From: an uncultured Gammaproteobacteria bacterium
GTDB lineage: Bacteria > Pseudomonadota > Gammaproteobacteria > Ga0077536
DNA length: 64,000 bases
Reading direction: 5' to 3'
Assembly: GCA_938082545.1 (NCBI GenBank)
Contig: CALKCL010000009.1
Location: forward strand, 9,594-73,593
Below the pieces are notes generated by a model. That model was not told where the DNA came from. It did not search any database and was given only the letters and a program-made list of their open reading frames with translations. Made by a program: the position numbers and the translations under genes. This document shows positions 1 through 9,482 of this stretch, piece by piece. Numbering within the stretch: the first letter of the stretch is position 1; each line of letters starts with the position of its first letter.

Positions 1-1144
1 GCCAAAAGCCTCTGTAACCGATCATAAGTTGAGATTGGTTGTTGGGCAGCATAGAGACTCGAATTCCAGGGCTGCTAATATTACTTCTATTGAAGGCACC
101 AAAAATACCGACAGGACCATATTCGAAACGGCGAGCACCATAGAGGCTATCAAAACGCCCGTTTTTCTTGTCCAGAGAGGAGTTATCTCCACTAGCATAG
201 TCGTATTCTAATGCAGACCGAATTTTCTTTTTTGACTTCCCTGTGTATCCGATTTCTACATGCTGGAAATGCGCGAAGTGGTCTAGATTTTTTTCACTGG
301 TCTTGGATGATCGTACTTCACCAACTTGAAAAATAGACTCGATCAGATAATCAATAGCACCCACTTTGGGGGGGAAGGAAAGTCGAAACCCGGACGTTAC
401 GATTTCCCGATTCAGAGTGCTGGCATTTTCCGTATCGTCCTCGTCTAAACCAAGAATGTAGATTTCACCTTTATGACCTAAAGGTAATCGATCAGAGCTG
501 TAATTTACTCCCCAAAATGTGGTCGCACCAGTTTCTTTGTCGAATTTTATTGAGTTTTTTCTCAGTTCTGAAATAGAGTCTGGTGATCGATTAATTGGCA
601 TCGTGAAAAAAAAATGCAGTTGATCACCCGTATTTTTCTTCCATTTCCATTCGACACCTGTAAAAGAGTTGACTGTGTTTCTAAATTTGGTACGCGCGAC
701 GAGCCGTCCGCTCCCCATATCTAAAGTGAACCGACCAACGTTGAGAGTTGATTTGTCACCATTTTTAAAAAGATTTTTCTGCTTAGCTGAAATATAACCT
801 TGAATAAGCTCTAACGGATTGACATGGGTTGTCGACATCGGTGTTCCGTCGTCATCTAAATATGCTCGTGAGTCTCCAATTTCGATAGCAACTTCAAAGG
901 GCTCCAAGTCAACACTCGCGAACAAGGTCGTTTTTTGAACTAATATCTGGTCACTGCCACCGAGAGTACTGCGATATTGATGGCTCAGGGTTTCGTACCG
1001 CGTACGATGAGTTCCCTGCAATGTAAGCCTGTCGGGTAACTTTAATGCATTTGCCAGTTTAAATGGACCGCTAGATAGGCAGTAACCGGAGAATGAGAAG
1101 AAAGACAATAATCCTATCAAGAGTAGTTTGGTGTATGCTCGCAT
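1..1144 (-). CDS. Alginate export (AlgE-like) family outer-membrane beta-barrel porin, 3' end outside the window
   Basis: Not in the ORF track because it has no stop in the window. Manual translation of segments from ATG 1144 gives MRAYTKLLLIGLLSFFSFSGYC (signal peptide), HRTRYE, GRFTLDMGSGRLVARTKFRNTVNSFTG, RFDSLYGARRFEYGP and YRGFW, which are typical of this family. Confidence 0.75.
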   Translation of the reverse strand, partial: MRAYTKLLLIGLLSFFSFSGYCLSSGPFKLANALKLPDRLTLQGTHRTRYETLSHQYRSTLGGSDQILVQKTTLFASVDLEPFEVAIEIGDSRAYLDDDGTPMSTTHVNPLELIQGYISAKQKNLFKNGDKSTLNVGRFTLDMGSGRLVARTKFRNTVNSFTGVEWKWKKNTGDQLHFFFTMPINRSPDSISELRKNSIKFDKETGATTFWGVNYSSDRLPLGHKGEIYILGLDEDDTENASTLNREIVTSGFRLSFPPKVGAIDYLIESIFQVGEVRSSKTSEKNLDHFAHFQHVEIGYTGKSKKKIRSALEYDYASGDNSSLDKKNGRFDSLYGARRFEYGPVGIFGAFNRSNISSPGIRVSMLPNNQSQLMIGYRGFW

Positions 1145-1300
1145 TAGATAAAGTCATCACCTTAAAACATGATGTTAAAAGGGGCTATATTAACATTTTA
1201 GTCGTTAATACCCACATTTTTTATAAGTTATGCACAAATTTATTGATCTATTAACAAATGTATCAACTTTTTGAACTAAAAATGCCAAAGGCCTGAATAA

Positions 1301-2047
1301 ATGAAAACAGAAAAAAGTAATTTAATTCAAGCGTTATCAGCGAGAGAGGGCGACGTCATTTGCTTCGTAGGGGCTGGTGGTAAGAAAACGACGTTGTACG
1401 CGGCCTCTCGTCAATACGGGGGGCGTGTCGCCATTTCTTCTACTTCGCATATGTTTCAATATGATAATAGATTTGTGGATAGAGTGATTGAGGACTATAG
1501 AGGTACTTGGACTGATGATCAGAGCAGAGTGATCGCGTTTTCTGGGAAAACAGATACGCCTAATCGTGTCGGGGGTCTTACCGCTGATTGTATCAAAGGT
1601 ATTTGGGAGAGTCGGAAGTTCGGTTTGATTCTTGTTAAGGCCGATGGTGCACGTTCTCGTTTGGTGAAAGCCCCCGCAGCATACGAACCTCTTATCCCTG
1701 CGTTTACGAATATTGTGGTCCCAATCGCCTCTGCACAAATAATTGGACAGCATTTGGCAACGAGTATCGCCCACAGGCCTGAGTTCCTCTCTAAGATTAT
1801 GGGTATCGATGTAGGGGACAGGATACTACCAATGCATTTAGCTCAATTGCTTGGCTCTGAGATGGGCAGTCTAAAAAATGCTGGAAATGCGCGCGTCTGC
1901 CCAATACTGAACATGGTCGACAATTCTGACACACTTCCACTTGCCATAGAAACGGCTCGGATTGCACTCACGCTCACCAAGCGATTCGACCAAATAATTC
2001 TGGCAGAAATGAGGCACTCTCGTATTGTTGAAATTATCTCTAGATAA
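1301..2047 (+). CDS. yqeC: YqeC-family selenium-dependent molybdenum hydroxylase accessory protein
   Basis: VGAGGKKT P-loop-like motif, plus KADGARSRLVKAPAAYEPLIP and HRPE motifs characteristic of YqeC. Confidence 0.8.
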   Translation: MKTEKSNLIQALSAREGDVICFVGAGGKKTTLYAASRQYGGRVAISSTSHMFQYDNRFVDRVIEDYRGTWTDDQSRVIAFSGKTDTPNRVGGLTADCIKGIWESRKFGLILVKADGARSRLVKAPAAYEPLIPAFTNIVVPIASAQIIGQHLATSIAHRPEFLSKIMGIDVGDRILPMHLAQLLGSEMGSLKNAGNARVCPILNMVDNSDTLPLAIETARIALTLTKRFDQIILAEMRHSRIVEIISR

Positions 2048-2055
2048 AGCGGGGA

Positions 2056-3249
2056 CTAATTTTTTAAGATTGTAGTCATAGATTCTACAAAGTAGTCAAT
2101 ATTAGAGCTATTAACGCCGGCCACGTTTATACGACTAGAGTCCACCATGTAAATAGCAAATTCTTTCTGTAGTCTAGCTACCTGGTTTGTATCTATGCCC
2201 AGGAAAGAAAACATTCCTTTTTGCTTCTTTATAAAAGAAAAGTCTTGGTCGATTTCCCGAGTTAAGCGATTAGCAAGTTCTTTACGAAGTAGATTTATCC
2301 GGTCACGCATCGTACTCAGTTCTTCTACCCACTGAAGCTTAAGTGTTTTGTCACTTAATATAGTTTCAACAATAGCAGCACCATGTGCAGGCGGCATGGA
2401 GTATATACCTCTGACAACAGATCCTAATTGGCTTTGAACTATAGTTGTTTGAGCAACGTTTGGACTTACTATTTGTAAGCTTCCCACTCTTTCTCTATAA
2501 AGCCCAAAGTTTTTAGAATATGAGCTAGCTACGATGACTTCAGGACATCGTTCAGATAGAATTTTAACCCCTATCGCATCCTCGTCGAGACTGTCTCCTA
2601 AGCCCTGGTAAGCAAGATCTATGAATGGGGTGAACCCTTGATTGATAGCTAAGTCCGCAATAGCTTCCCAGTGCTGTGGTTCGAGGTCTACACCCGATGG
2701 GTTGTGGCAACATCCGTGTATTAATACAGCATCTCCTGCCGGGACATTACTCAAGCTTTCTAAGAGGCCGTCCGTATTCAGACTTCGTGAGCTTTTCTCA
2801 TAGTAGGCGTACTCCTTCAAGTTCAGACCTGCATTTCCTAATAAAGGCTGATGGTTCGCCCAGGTTGGATCACTTACCCATATGGTAGTTTTGGGTCGAG
2901 CTCTTTTTATTAGTTCAGCCGCTACCCGGAGTGCTCCGCAGCCTCCTGGTGTTTGAACTCCGGCAATACGATTACTTTTTTCAGCTTGATTGTCATTACC
3001 AAACATCAATTTTCTGGTTAGAGTATTGAATTCAGGAGTTCCGGGAGGGCCGATATAGCTTTTTGTTTGTTCTGTTTCATGGCGGATCTTTTGTGCTTCT
3101 ATGACACTTTTCATTATTGGAGTAGCACCAGATTCATCACGATAGACACCAACGCCCAGATCTATTTTTTTTAGACTTACATCATTTCGGTGAGCGGCCA
3201 TTAGGCCCAGAATAGGATCTGGGTGTAATTCCTCAAGATTTTCGAACAT
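2056..3249 (-). CDS. Aspartate/aromatic amino acid aminotransferase (class I, AspC/TyrB)
   Basis: DPILGL, KIDLGVGVY, SDPTWANH, HGCCHNPSG and PLP lysine motif SYSKNFGLYRER. Confidence 0.95.
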   Translation of the reverse strand: MFENLEELHPDPILGLMAAHRNDVSLKKIDLGVGVYRDESGATPIMKSVIEAQKIRHETEQTKSYIGPPGTPEFNTLTRKLMFGNDNQAEKSNRIAGVQTPGGCGALRVAAELIKRARPKTTIWVSDPTWANHQPLLGNAGLNLKEYAYYEKSSRSLNTDGLLESLSNVPAGDAVLIHGCCHNPSGVDLEPQHWEAIADLAINQGFTPFIDLAYQGLGDSLDEDAIGVKILSERCPEVIVASSYSKNFGLYRERVGSLQIVSPNVAQTTIVQSQLGSVVRGIYSMPPAHGAAIVETILSDKTLKLQWVEELSTMRDRINLLRKELANRLTREIDQDFSFIKKQKGMFSFLGIDTNQVARLQKEFAIYMVDSSRINVAGVNSSNIDYFVESMTTILKN

Positions 3250-3404
3250 CAGTTAAATTTCTCCAGTGTTATCGTTAGTGCCTTATTCCTTGCCTGCAGT
3301 TAGCAGGACTACCAACACAGATTGTAAGACTTTTTCCGTTTAAGTTGTTAGTAGGATTTTCTTAATAAGGTATAAAAATATATGGTGGTTTACAGATAAA
3401 AGTA

Positions 3405-3448
3405 TTGATCTAGTGGCGCTATTAATTATACTGTATAAATAAACAGTA
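3405..3448 (+). promoter_or_regulatory. LexA (SOS) box overlapping a putative sigma70 promoter of dnaE2
   Basis: TACTGTATAAATAAACAGTA (3429-3448) matches CTGT-N8-ACAG. TTGATC (3405-3410), a 16 nt spacer and TATACT (3427-3432) overlap it, about 30 nt before the dnaE2 start. Confidence 0.9.
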
Positions 3449-3475
3449 TTTAAAGAAATTAATAGGTCTCTTCCA

Positions 3476-6400
3476 TTGTACGCAGAGCTTCATTGTCTAA
3501 CGAATTTCAGCTTCCAGCATGGAGCTTCTCATCCTGAGGAGCTGGTCCAAACCGCTTCAATTCTTGGCTATAAAGCTATAGCCATCACTGATAGGTGTAG
3601 TTTCTCCGCTCTAGTTAAAGCTCATGTCGAAGCTGAGAATCAAGGTATAAAAATGATTTCTGGTAGTGAGTTTCATTTTGATGACGGCACTAAAATAGTT
3701 CTTCTAGCTGAAAATCTAGAGGCATATAAGAAAATCAGTTTTTTAATCAGCAAATCAAGGAGACGAAAAAAGAAAGGTGGTTATAAAATTTTACGCTCTG
3801 ATTTAGATGACTTTGATTCAGGGCTCTTGATTTGGCTCCCTAGCTACAGCGAAAAAGATTTGAGTTACGCCTCCTGGCTTTCACAGAATTTTTCAGGACG
3901 AGTATGGATAGGAGTTGGCCTTTTTTATAGTGGGACAGACCAATCACGCTTGAAATGGGTGTATAAATTGTCGGAGAATTATGGTCTAAGAGTAACGGCT
4001 ACTGGTGATGTACGTATGCACTCTTATAGCCGTAGACCATTATTAGATGTGTTGACAGCGATTAGATTAGGCGTCCAAATCGAAGAAGTAGGAACGCGTA
4101 TTTTTTCTAACGGAGAACATTATTTAAGACCAATAGACCGACTCGTGTCAATTTACCCAAGTGCATTATTAAAGGAGAGCTTGAGAGTTGCTGAACGATG
4201 TAATTTTTCATTGAAGCAACTTGTCTACGAATATCCGCACGAAATTTTTGGTGATGGGAAAAAAAATTCTTCGCAATTAAGAGACTTGGCTTATGCCGGA
4301 GCGAAACAACGCTTCTCACAAAAAGAGATCAAGTACTTTTTGGCCCGTATCGATAATGAAATTTCTTTAATTAGAGAGCTCGGATATGAGGGCTACTTTT
4401 TAATGGTTTACGATATTATTTGCTTTGCAAAAAGTCACGGAATTTTCTATCAAGGGAGAGGATCGGCAGCAAACTCAGTAGTTTGTTATTGCCTGTTTAT
4501 CACTGAGGTTAGCCCGCACCATATTGATATGCTATTTGAGCGTTTTATTTCAAGAGAGCGTAATGATCCGCCAGATATTGATATAGATTTTGAACACGAA
4601 AGACGTGAAGAAATTATTCAATATATTTATGAGAAGTATGGTCGTGAAAGGGCTGCGATAACAGCTTCTGTTGTTACCTATAGATCTCGTAGTGCTGTTC
4701 GAGACGTGGCTAAAGTATTGGGAGTAGACGCATGGAAAGCTAAAGAGCTTCATCTGGAGGAAATCAGATGGGAGAGCGCTCCTCAAGCAATTATAGATCT
4801 ACAGTCTATAGGTCTTGATATACAAAGCCATACTTTGCAACATCTCGCTTTTTTAGTGAGCGAACTAATAGGCTTTCCACGGCATCTTTCCCAACACGTT
4901 GGTGGTTTCGTGATTACAGATGCACCGCTTGCAGAGTTGGTTCCTATTGAGAATGCGGCAATGCCTGATCGTACTTTGATACAGTGGGATAAAAATGATT
5001 TGGAGACTTTAGGGATATTGAAAGTAGATTGTTTGTCGCTAGGGATTCTGACAGTTATTAGGAAAACTATAGAAATGGTTAACTTGGACAATGAAGAGTT
5101 ATTCTCTTTGCACTCTATTCCTCTTGACGACGAAGAAACTTATTCTATGATCCAGAAAGCAGATACAGTAGGAGTGTTTCAAATTGAGTCTCGAGCTCAA
5201 ATGTCGATGCTACCTAGATTGAAGCCTAGTTCTTATTATGACTTAGTGATTCAAGTCGCAATTGTTCGTCCGGGCCCTGTTCAAGGCAATATGGTTAATC
5301 CATATTTACGCAGACGTGCTGGTACTGAAAAAATCGTTTACCCAAATAATAAAGTGAAAGAAGTATTGGGACGGACCCTAGGAGTTCCTTTATTCCAAGA
5401 ACAGATAATTAGGCTCGCGACGGTAGTTGCAGGGTTTACCTCAGGGCAAGCTGATGAAATGCGTCGTTCAATGACGAGCAAGAAAGAAGGGGAGGTATTT
5501 AGCTCTCTTCGAGCAAAGTTTCTTTCAGGGATGAAGGCTAAAGGATATGCAAAAGAGTTTTCTGAGAAGACTTTCAATCAGATAAAAGGGTTTGGAGGGT
5601 ATGGTTTCCCTGAGGCTCATGCCGCGAGTTTCGCGTTGCTTGTGTATTTTTCTTCTTGGCTTAAATGTCATAAGCCTGCCGCTTATACAGCAGCTCTTTT
5701 AAACAGTCAGCCGATGGGCTTTTACGCACCATCACAGATTTTGCAAGATGCTAGACTACACAATGTAGAGCTGTTGCCAGTAAATGTTTTAAAAAGCGAT
5801 TGGAACAATAATCTTAAGAAAAAGGAAGATGGCACGTATGCTATACGCATTGGGTTGAGAATGATTAAAGGGCTGGGGGTTTCTGCTGGGTCTCGCATCA
5901 TAAAAGCGCGTTCTCTTCATCCATTTAGTAATTCCGATGACTTTTTTAGCAGAACAGATCTTTCACGTTCGGAAATGCAGCACCTATCAAGTTCGGGTGC
6001 GCTAAAGAGTTTGGTCGGCAACCGGCATCAGGCAAACTGGCACTCCTTAGCTATTAGAGAGACTCACGGACTTTTTAAAGGAGTTGGGAGAAATGAGGTG
6101 ATACCTCTTTTGCCTATTACTGAAGAAGGGGAAGAAGTTTCTGCCGATTACGCCAGTCTTGGGTTCACGTTAGGGAAGCATCCGTTATCTCTATTGCGTT
6201 CACGTCTTGGTGATTGTGTTCTTGCCGAGATACTATCAAGTCTGTCGCAAAGAACACGTGTAATTTTTTGTGGATTAGTTATTGTCAGGCAACAACCAAG
6301 ATCAGCGAATGGGGTCATGTTTGTTACGCTTGAAGATGACACGGGTACTGTTAATTTGATTATTTGGCCTATGTTATTAAAAAAATATCGCAGTGTTATT

Positions 6401-6535
6401 CTGAAAGCTCAGTTACTGTCTGTTAAAGGAGTAGTACAGCGGCAGGGTGATACGGTTAATTTGATTGGAGAAGAGTTCGAAGATCGCACAGGGCTGCTAG
6501 GACAGTTGGATTTCGCATCGAGAGACTTTCGGTAA
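3476..6535 (+). CDS. dnaE2: Error-prone DNA polymerase III alpha-like subunit DnaE2
   Basis: PHP start YAELHCLTNFSF, GRGSAANS, catalytic PPDIDIDFEH, FPRHLSQHVGGFV, LLNSQPMGFYAP and the C-terminal SRDFR signature. Confidence 0.95.
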   Translation: MYAELHCLTNFSFQHGASHPEELVQTASILGYKAIAITDRCSFSALVKAHVEAENQGIKMISGSEFHFDDGTKIVLLAENLEAYKKISFLISKSRRRKKKGGYKILRSDLDDFDSGLLIWLPSYSEKDLSYASWLSQNFSGRVWIGVGLFYSGTDQSRLKWVYKLSENYGLRVTATGDVRMHSYSRRPLLDVLTAIRLGVQIEEVGTRIFSNGEHYLRPIDRLVSIYPSALLKESLRVAERCNFSLKQLVYEYPHEIFGDGKKNSSQLRDLAYAGAKQRFSQKEIKYFLARIDNEISLIRELGYEGYFLMVYDIICFAKSHGIFYQGRGSAANSVVCYCLFITEVSPHHIDMLFERFISRERNDPPDIDIDFEHERREEIIQYIYEKYGRERAAITASVVTYRSRSAVRDVAKVLGVDAWKAKELHLEEIRWESAPQAIIDLQSIGLDIQSHTLQHLAFLVSELIGFPRHLSQHVGGFVITDAPLAELVPIENAAMPDRTLIQWDKNDLETLGILKVDCLSLGILTVIRKTIEMVNLDNEELFSLHSIPLDDEETYSMIQKADTVGVFQIESRAQMSMLPRLKPSSYYDLVIQVAIVRPGPVQGNMVNPYLRRRAGTEKIVYPNNKVKEVLGRTLGVPLFQEQIIRLATVVAGFTSGQADEMRRSMTSKKEGEVFSSLRAKFLSGMKAKGYAKEFSEKTFNQIKGFGGYGFPEAHAASFALLVYFSSWLKCHKPAAYTAALLNSQPMGFYAPSQILQDARLHNVELLPVNVLKSDWNNNLKKKEDGTYAIRIGLRMIKGLGVSAGSRIIKARSLHPFSNSDDFFSRTDLSRSEMQHLSSSGALKSLVGNRHQANWHSLAIRETHGLFKGVGRNEVIPLLPITEEGEEVSADYASLGFTLGKHPLSLLRSRLGDCVLAEILSSLSQRTRVIFCGLVIVRQQPRSANGVMFVTLEDDTGTVNLIIWPMLLKKYRSVILKAQLLSVKGVVQRQGDTVNLIGEEFEDRTGLLGQLDFASRDFR

Positions 6536-6692
6536 TGTAGCCTCAAGTGACTTTGCAGTGTCTTAAGGCAGTGTAAAGTAGGTTATTAGTCGATGTTAGA
6601 TAAAGAAATTGTCCACAATCATTGCATTCTAGCGGAAGCTCCGTACAATCACGATTTTTATCTTGTTCCGTCGCATTTCTGAGAATTTATCA

Positions 6693-7850
6693 ATGAATAA
6701 ACCCGAAAAAAAGCCAAATAATCCGCAGTTTTCCTCAGGGCCTTGCCCTAAGCGCCCAGGTTGGAAGCCTGCGGTATTAGAAGGCGCTCTATTGGGTCGT
6801 TCTCATCGTTCTAAGCCAGGTAAGGCGAAACTCAAAGAAGCTATAGAAAAGACACGTAAAATACTTGCTGTTCCTGCTGGATCTCGTATCGGAATTGTAG
6901 CTGGATCTGATACTGGTGCTGTTGAGTTGGCTTTGTGGTCTTTACTTGGTGCCAGAGGAGTGGATGTTCTTGCTTGGGAGAGCTTCAGCCAAGAATGGGT
7001 AAGCGATGTAGTAGATGTGTTGGGTATAGTCGACACTGAAACACATGAAGCTGCCTATGGTGAACTACCGGATTTAACAAAAGTTAATTTTAAGAATGAT
7101 GTAGTGTTTGTTTGGAACGGGACAACTTCCGGCGTCAAGGTGCCTAATGGAGACTGGATTCCCAATGATCGTGAAGGGCTGACTATCTGCGATGCTACCT
7201 CTGCCGCTTTTGCTATGGAGCTGCCTTGGGATAAGTTAGATGTTGTTACTTTCTCTTGGCAAAAAGTACTTGGCGGTGAAGCTGCTCACGGAGTGATCAT
7301 TTTAAGCGAACGAGCCATAAGTAGATTAGAAACTTACGTGCCACCGAGACCTTTGCCAAAGTTGTTTCGTCTTACGAAAAAAGGAAAGATTGACGAAGCT
7401 ATTTTCGAAGGGGCTACAATCAATACGCCATCGATGCTTTGTGTGGAAGACTATCTAGATGCGTTGAATTGGGCTTCCTCTATAGGGGGGCTAGAATCGT
7501 TAATATCTCGCTCTCAGTCGAATCTGTCAGTGATAGAAGGCTGGATAGATAAGACCGGTTGGGTGGATTTTCTCGCAAAATCGAGTGAGAGCCGCTCTAA
7601 TACTTCTATATGTATTAAAATTATTGCTGATTGGTTTGTGTCTCTCTCTAAGGAAAGACAAGTAATGATTACCAAGGAAATAGCTGGCTTGTTGGATGTT
7701 GAAGGAGTCGCGCACGATATTGATGGCTATCGGAATGCGCCTCCAGGTTTGAGGATTTGGGGAGGGGCCACTGTAGAACGGAGTGATTTGGAAGCCTTGT
7801 TACCTTGGTTGGACTGGGCATATGAGACTGTTTCAACGAAATATTTGTAA
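6693..7850 (+). CDS. serC: Phosphoserine aminotransferase (Methanosarcina/alphaproteobacterial type)
   Basis: [26 protein letters not shown] and [17 protein letters not shown] 6693 preferred over TTG 6663. Lies upstream of serA. Confidence 0.9.
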   Translation: MNKPEKKPNNPQFSSGPCPKRPGWKPAVLEGALLGRSHRSKPGKAKLKEAIEKTRKILAVPAGSRIGIVAGSDTGAVELALWSLLGARGVDVLAWESFSQEWVSDVVDVLGIVDTETHEAAYGELPDLTKVNFKNDVVFVWNGTTSGVKVPNGDWIPNDREGLTICDATSAAFAMELPWDKLDVVTFSWQKVLGGEAAHGVIILSERAISRLETYVPPRPLPKLFRLTKKGKIDEAIFEGATINTPSMLCVEDYLDALNWASSIGGLESLISRSQSNLSVIEGWIDKTGWVDFLAKSSESRSNTSICIKIIADWFVSLSKERQVMITKEIAGLLDVEGVAHDIDGYRNAPPGLRIWGGATVERSDLEALLPWLDWAYETVSTKYL

Positions 7851-7879
7851 TAGAACATCAGCGAAAAATAAAAGGAACT

Positions 7880-9466
7880 TTGATGTATAAAGTCTTTGTA
7901 GCCGACGAGTTGGCGCCTGAAGGGATAGCAGCATTAAAAGAGTATGCAGAAATAGAAATAGACTTTTCCCCTGGGTTGACCGTGGATGAAGCTATTCCGC
8001 ATGTAAAAAATGCCGATGCAATTATTGTCAGAAGTGCTACAAAGCTTAAAGGTCAATTACTTGATGCCGCAGTGAGATGTAAAGTGATAGGCAGAGCTGG
8101 TATTGGCGTAGACAACATTGACTTAGATATATCGACGGAGAGAGGGATAGTTGTCCTCAACACACCGGATGCAAATGCGACTACGACAGCTGAGCTCGCC
8201 ATAGCACACATGTTCTCTTTAAGTCGGAAACTGCCTGAAGCCGACCTGTCAGTAAGGTCGGGAAAATGGCAAAGAAACGAATTCGTCGGTGCCGAAGTAT
8301 CTGGTAAGACGGTTGGTATAGTTGGGTTTGGTACTATTGGCAGGCTCTTAGCAGAGAGATGCTTGGGCTTGAAGATGAAAGTTGTCGTCTTCGACCCTTT
8401 CGTTACACAGCAAACGTTCGCAGAGCACGGAGTAGAGGCTAAAGATCTTGATGGTTTAGTTGCGGTATCTGACTACATTACACTGCATTGCCCCGTGACG
8501 GATGGGACGAGAGGATTATTTAGTCGAGAGAGATTGCTCGCTATGAAGGCTGGTTCTCGGATCATAAACTGTGCCCGAGGAGGGCTGATTGACGAACAAG
8601 CTTTATGCGATGTTGTTAATTCCGGCCACTTGGCTGGCGCAGCCTTAGACGTTTTTGAGCAAGAACCACCGATCGACTCTCCTTTGTTTACTGTTCCGAA
8701 TATTCAATTCACCCCTCATTTAGGCGCTTCAACCGAAGAAGCCCAGACGGCTGTTGGTGTAGAAATATCCCATCAGATTGCTGCTTTTTTGATCGCTGGG
8801 AAAATTATCAATTCAGTGAATGTCCCTAGTGTCGACCCTGATAAGTTATCGCAGTTAAATCCCTATATGGAGTTGGCAACCAAATTGGGGAAAGTACTAT
8901 GTCAAATGGTTGAAGGCCCACTTTCTTCGGTCGAAATTGGTGTTTTTGGTGAAGCTTCGAAATTCGACTCACACCCTATTGCTAGCGCTTCAATGGTTGG
9001 TTTACTTTGTCGACACCATGCTGTTCCGGTCAATGAAATAAATGCCCTGCATTTGGCGCGTAGACAGGGAATCAACGTGACTAAAGTGAGCTCAGCTGAC
9101 TCTAAAGATTATCTTTCTTTAGTGCGAATAACAGCTCAGAGTTCTGAACAAACCGTCATTTTAGAAGGAGCAATCTTTGACAAAAGTCGACCAAGATTGG
9201 TGAAAATCAATGGATATGAAATTGAGTCACCGTTAGAGGGACACTTACTGATAACCAAACACGCTAATGAGCCTGGAGTGGTAGGTAAGATTGGTGAAGC
9301 GCTTGGCAAAGAAGATATAAACATTTCTCGTATGCAAGTAGGTGTCGCAGAAGACTCCCAGCTAGCCATTGCAATACTGGATATTTCGGGTTCGCTAAGC
9401 AGTGCTGCGTTAGAAAATATATCAAAAATAGGTGCAGTTGAGAAAGTTCTGCAAGTGTTGCTGTAA
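7880..9466 (+). CDS. serA: D-3-phosphoglycerate dehydrogenase (long form with ASB and ACT domains)
   Basis: GRAGIGVDNID, GIVGFGTIG, NCARGG, TPHLGASTEEAQ and a C-terminal ACT domain. Confidence 0.93.
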   Translation: MMYKVFVADELAPEGIAALKEYAEIEIDFSPGLTVDEAIPHVKNADAIIVRSATKLKGQLLDAAVRCKVIGRAGIGVDNIDLDISTERGIVVLNTPDANATTTAELAIAHMFSLSRKLPEADLSVRSGKWQRNEFVGAEVSGKTVGIVGFGTIGRLLAERCLGLKMKVVVFDPFVTQQTFAEHGVEAKDLDGLVAVSDYITLHCPVTDGTRGLFSRERLLAMKAGSRIINCARGGLIDEQALCDVVNSGHLAGAALDVFEQEPPIDSPLFTVPNIQFTPHLGASTEEAQTAVGVEISHQIAAFLIAGKIINSVNVPSVDPDKLSQLNPYMELATKLGKVLCQMVEGPLSSVEIGVFGEASKFDSHPIASASMVGLLCRHHAVPVNEINALHLARRQGINVTKVSSADSKDYLSLVRITAQSSEQTVILEGAIFDKSRPRLVKINGYEIESPLEGHLLITKHANEPGVVGKIGEALGKEDINISRMQVGVAEDSQLAIAILDISGSLSSAALENISKIGAVEKVLQVLL

Positions 9467-9482
9467 AAATCAGTTGCTGCTA

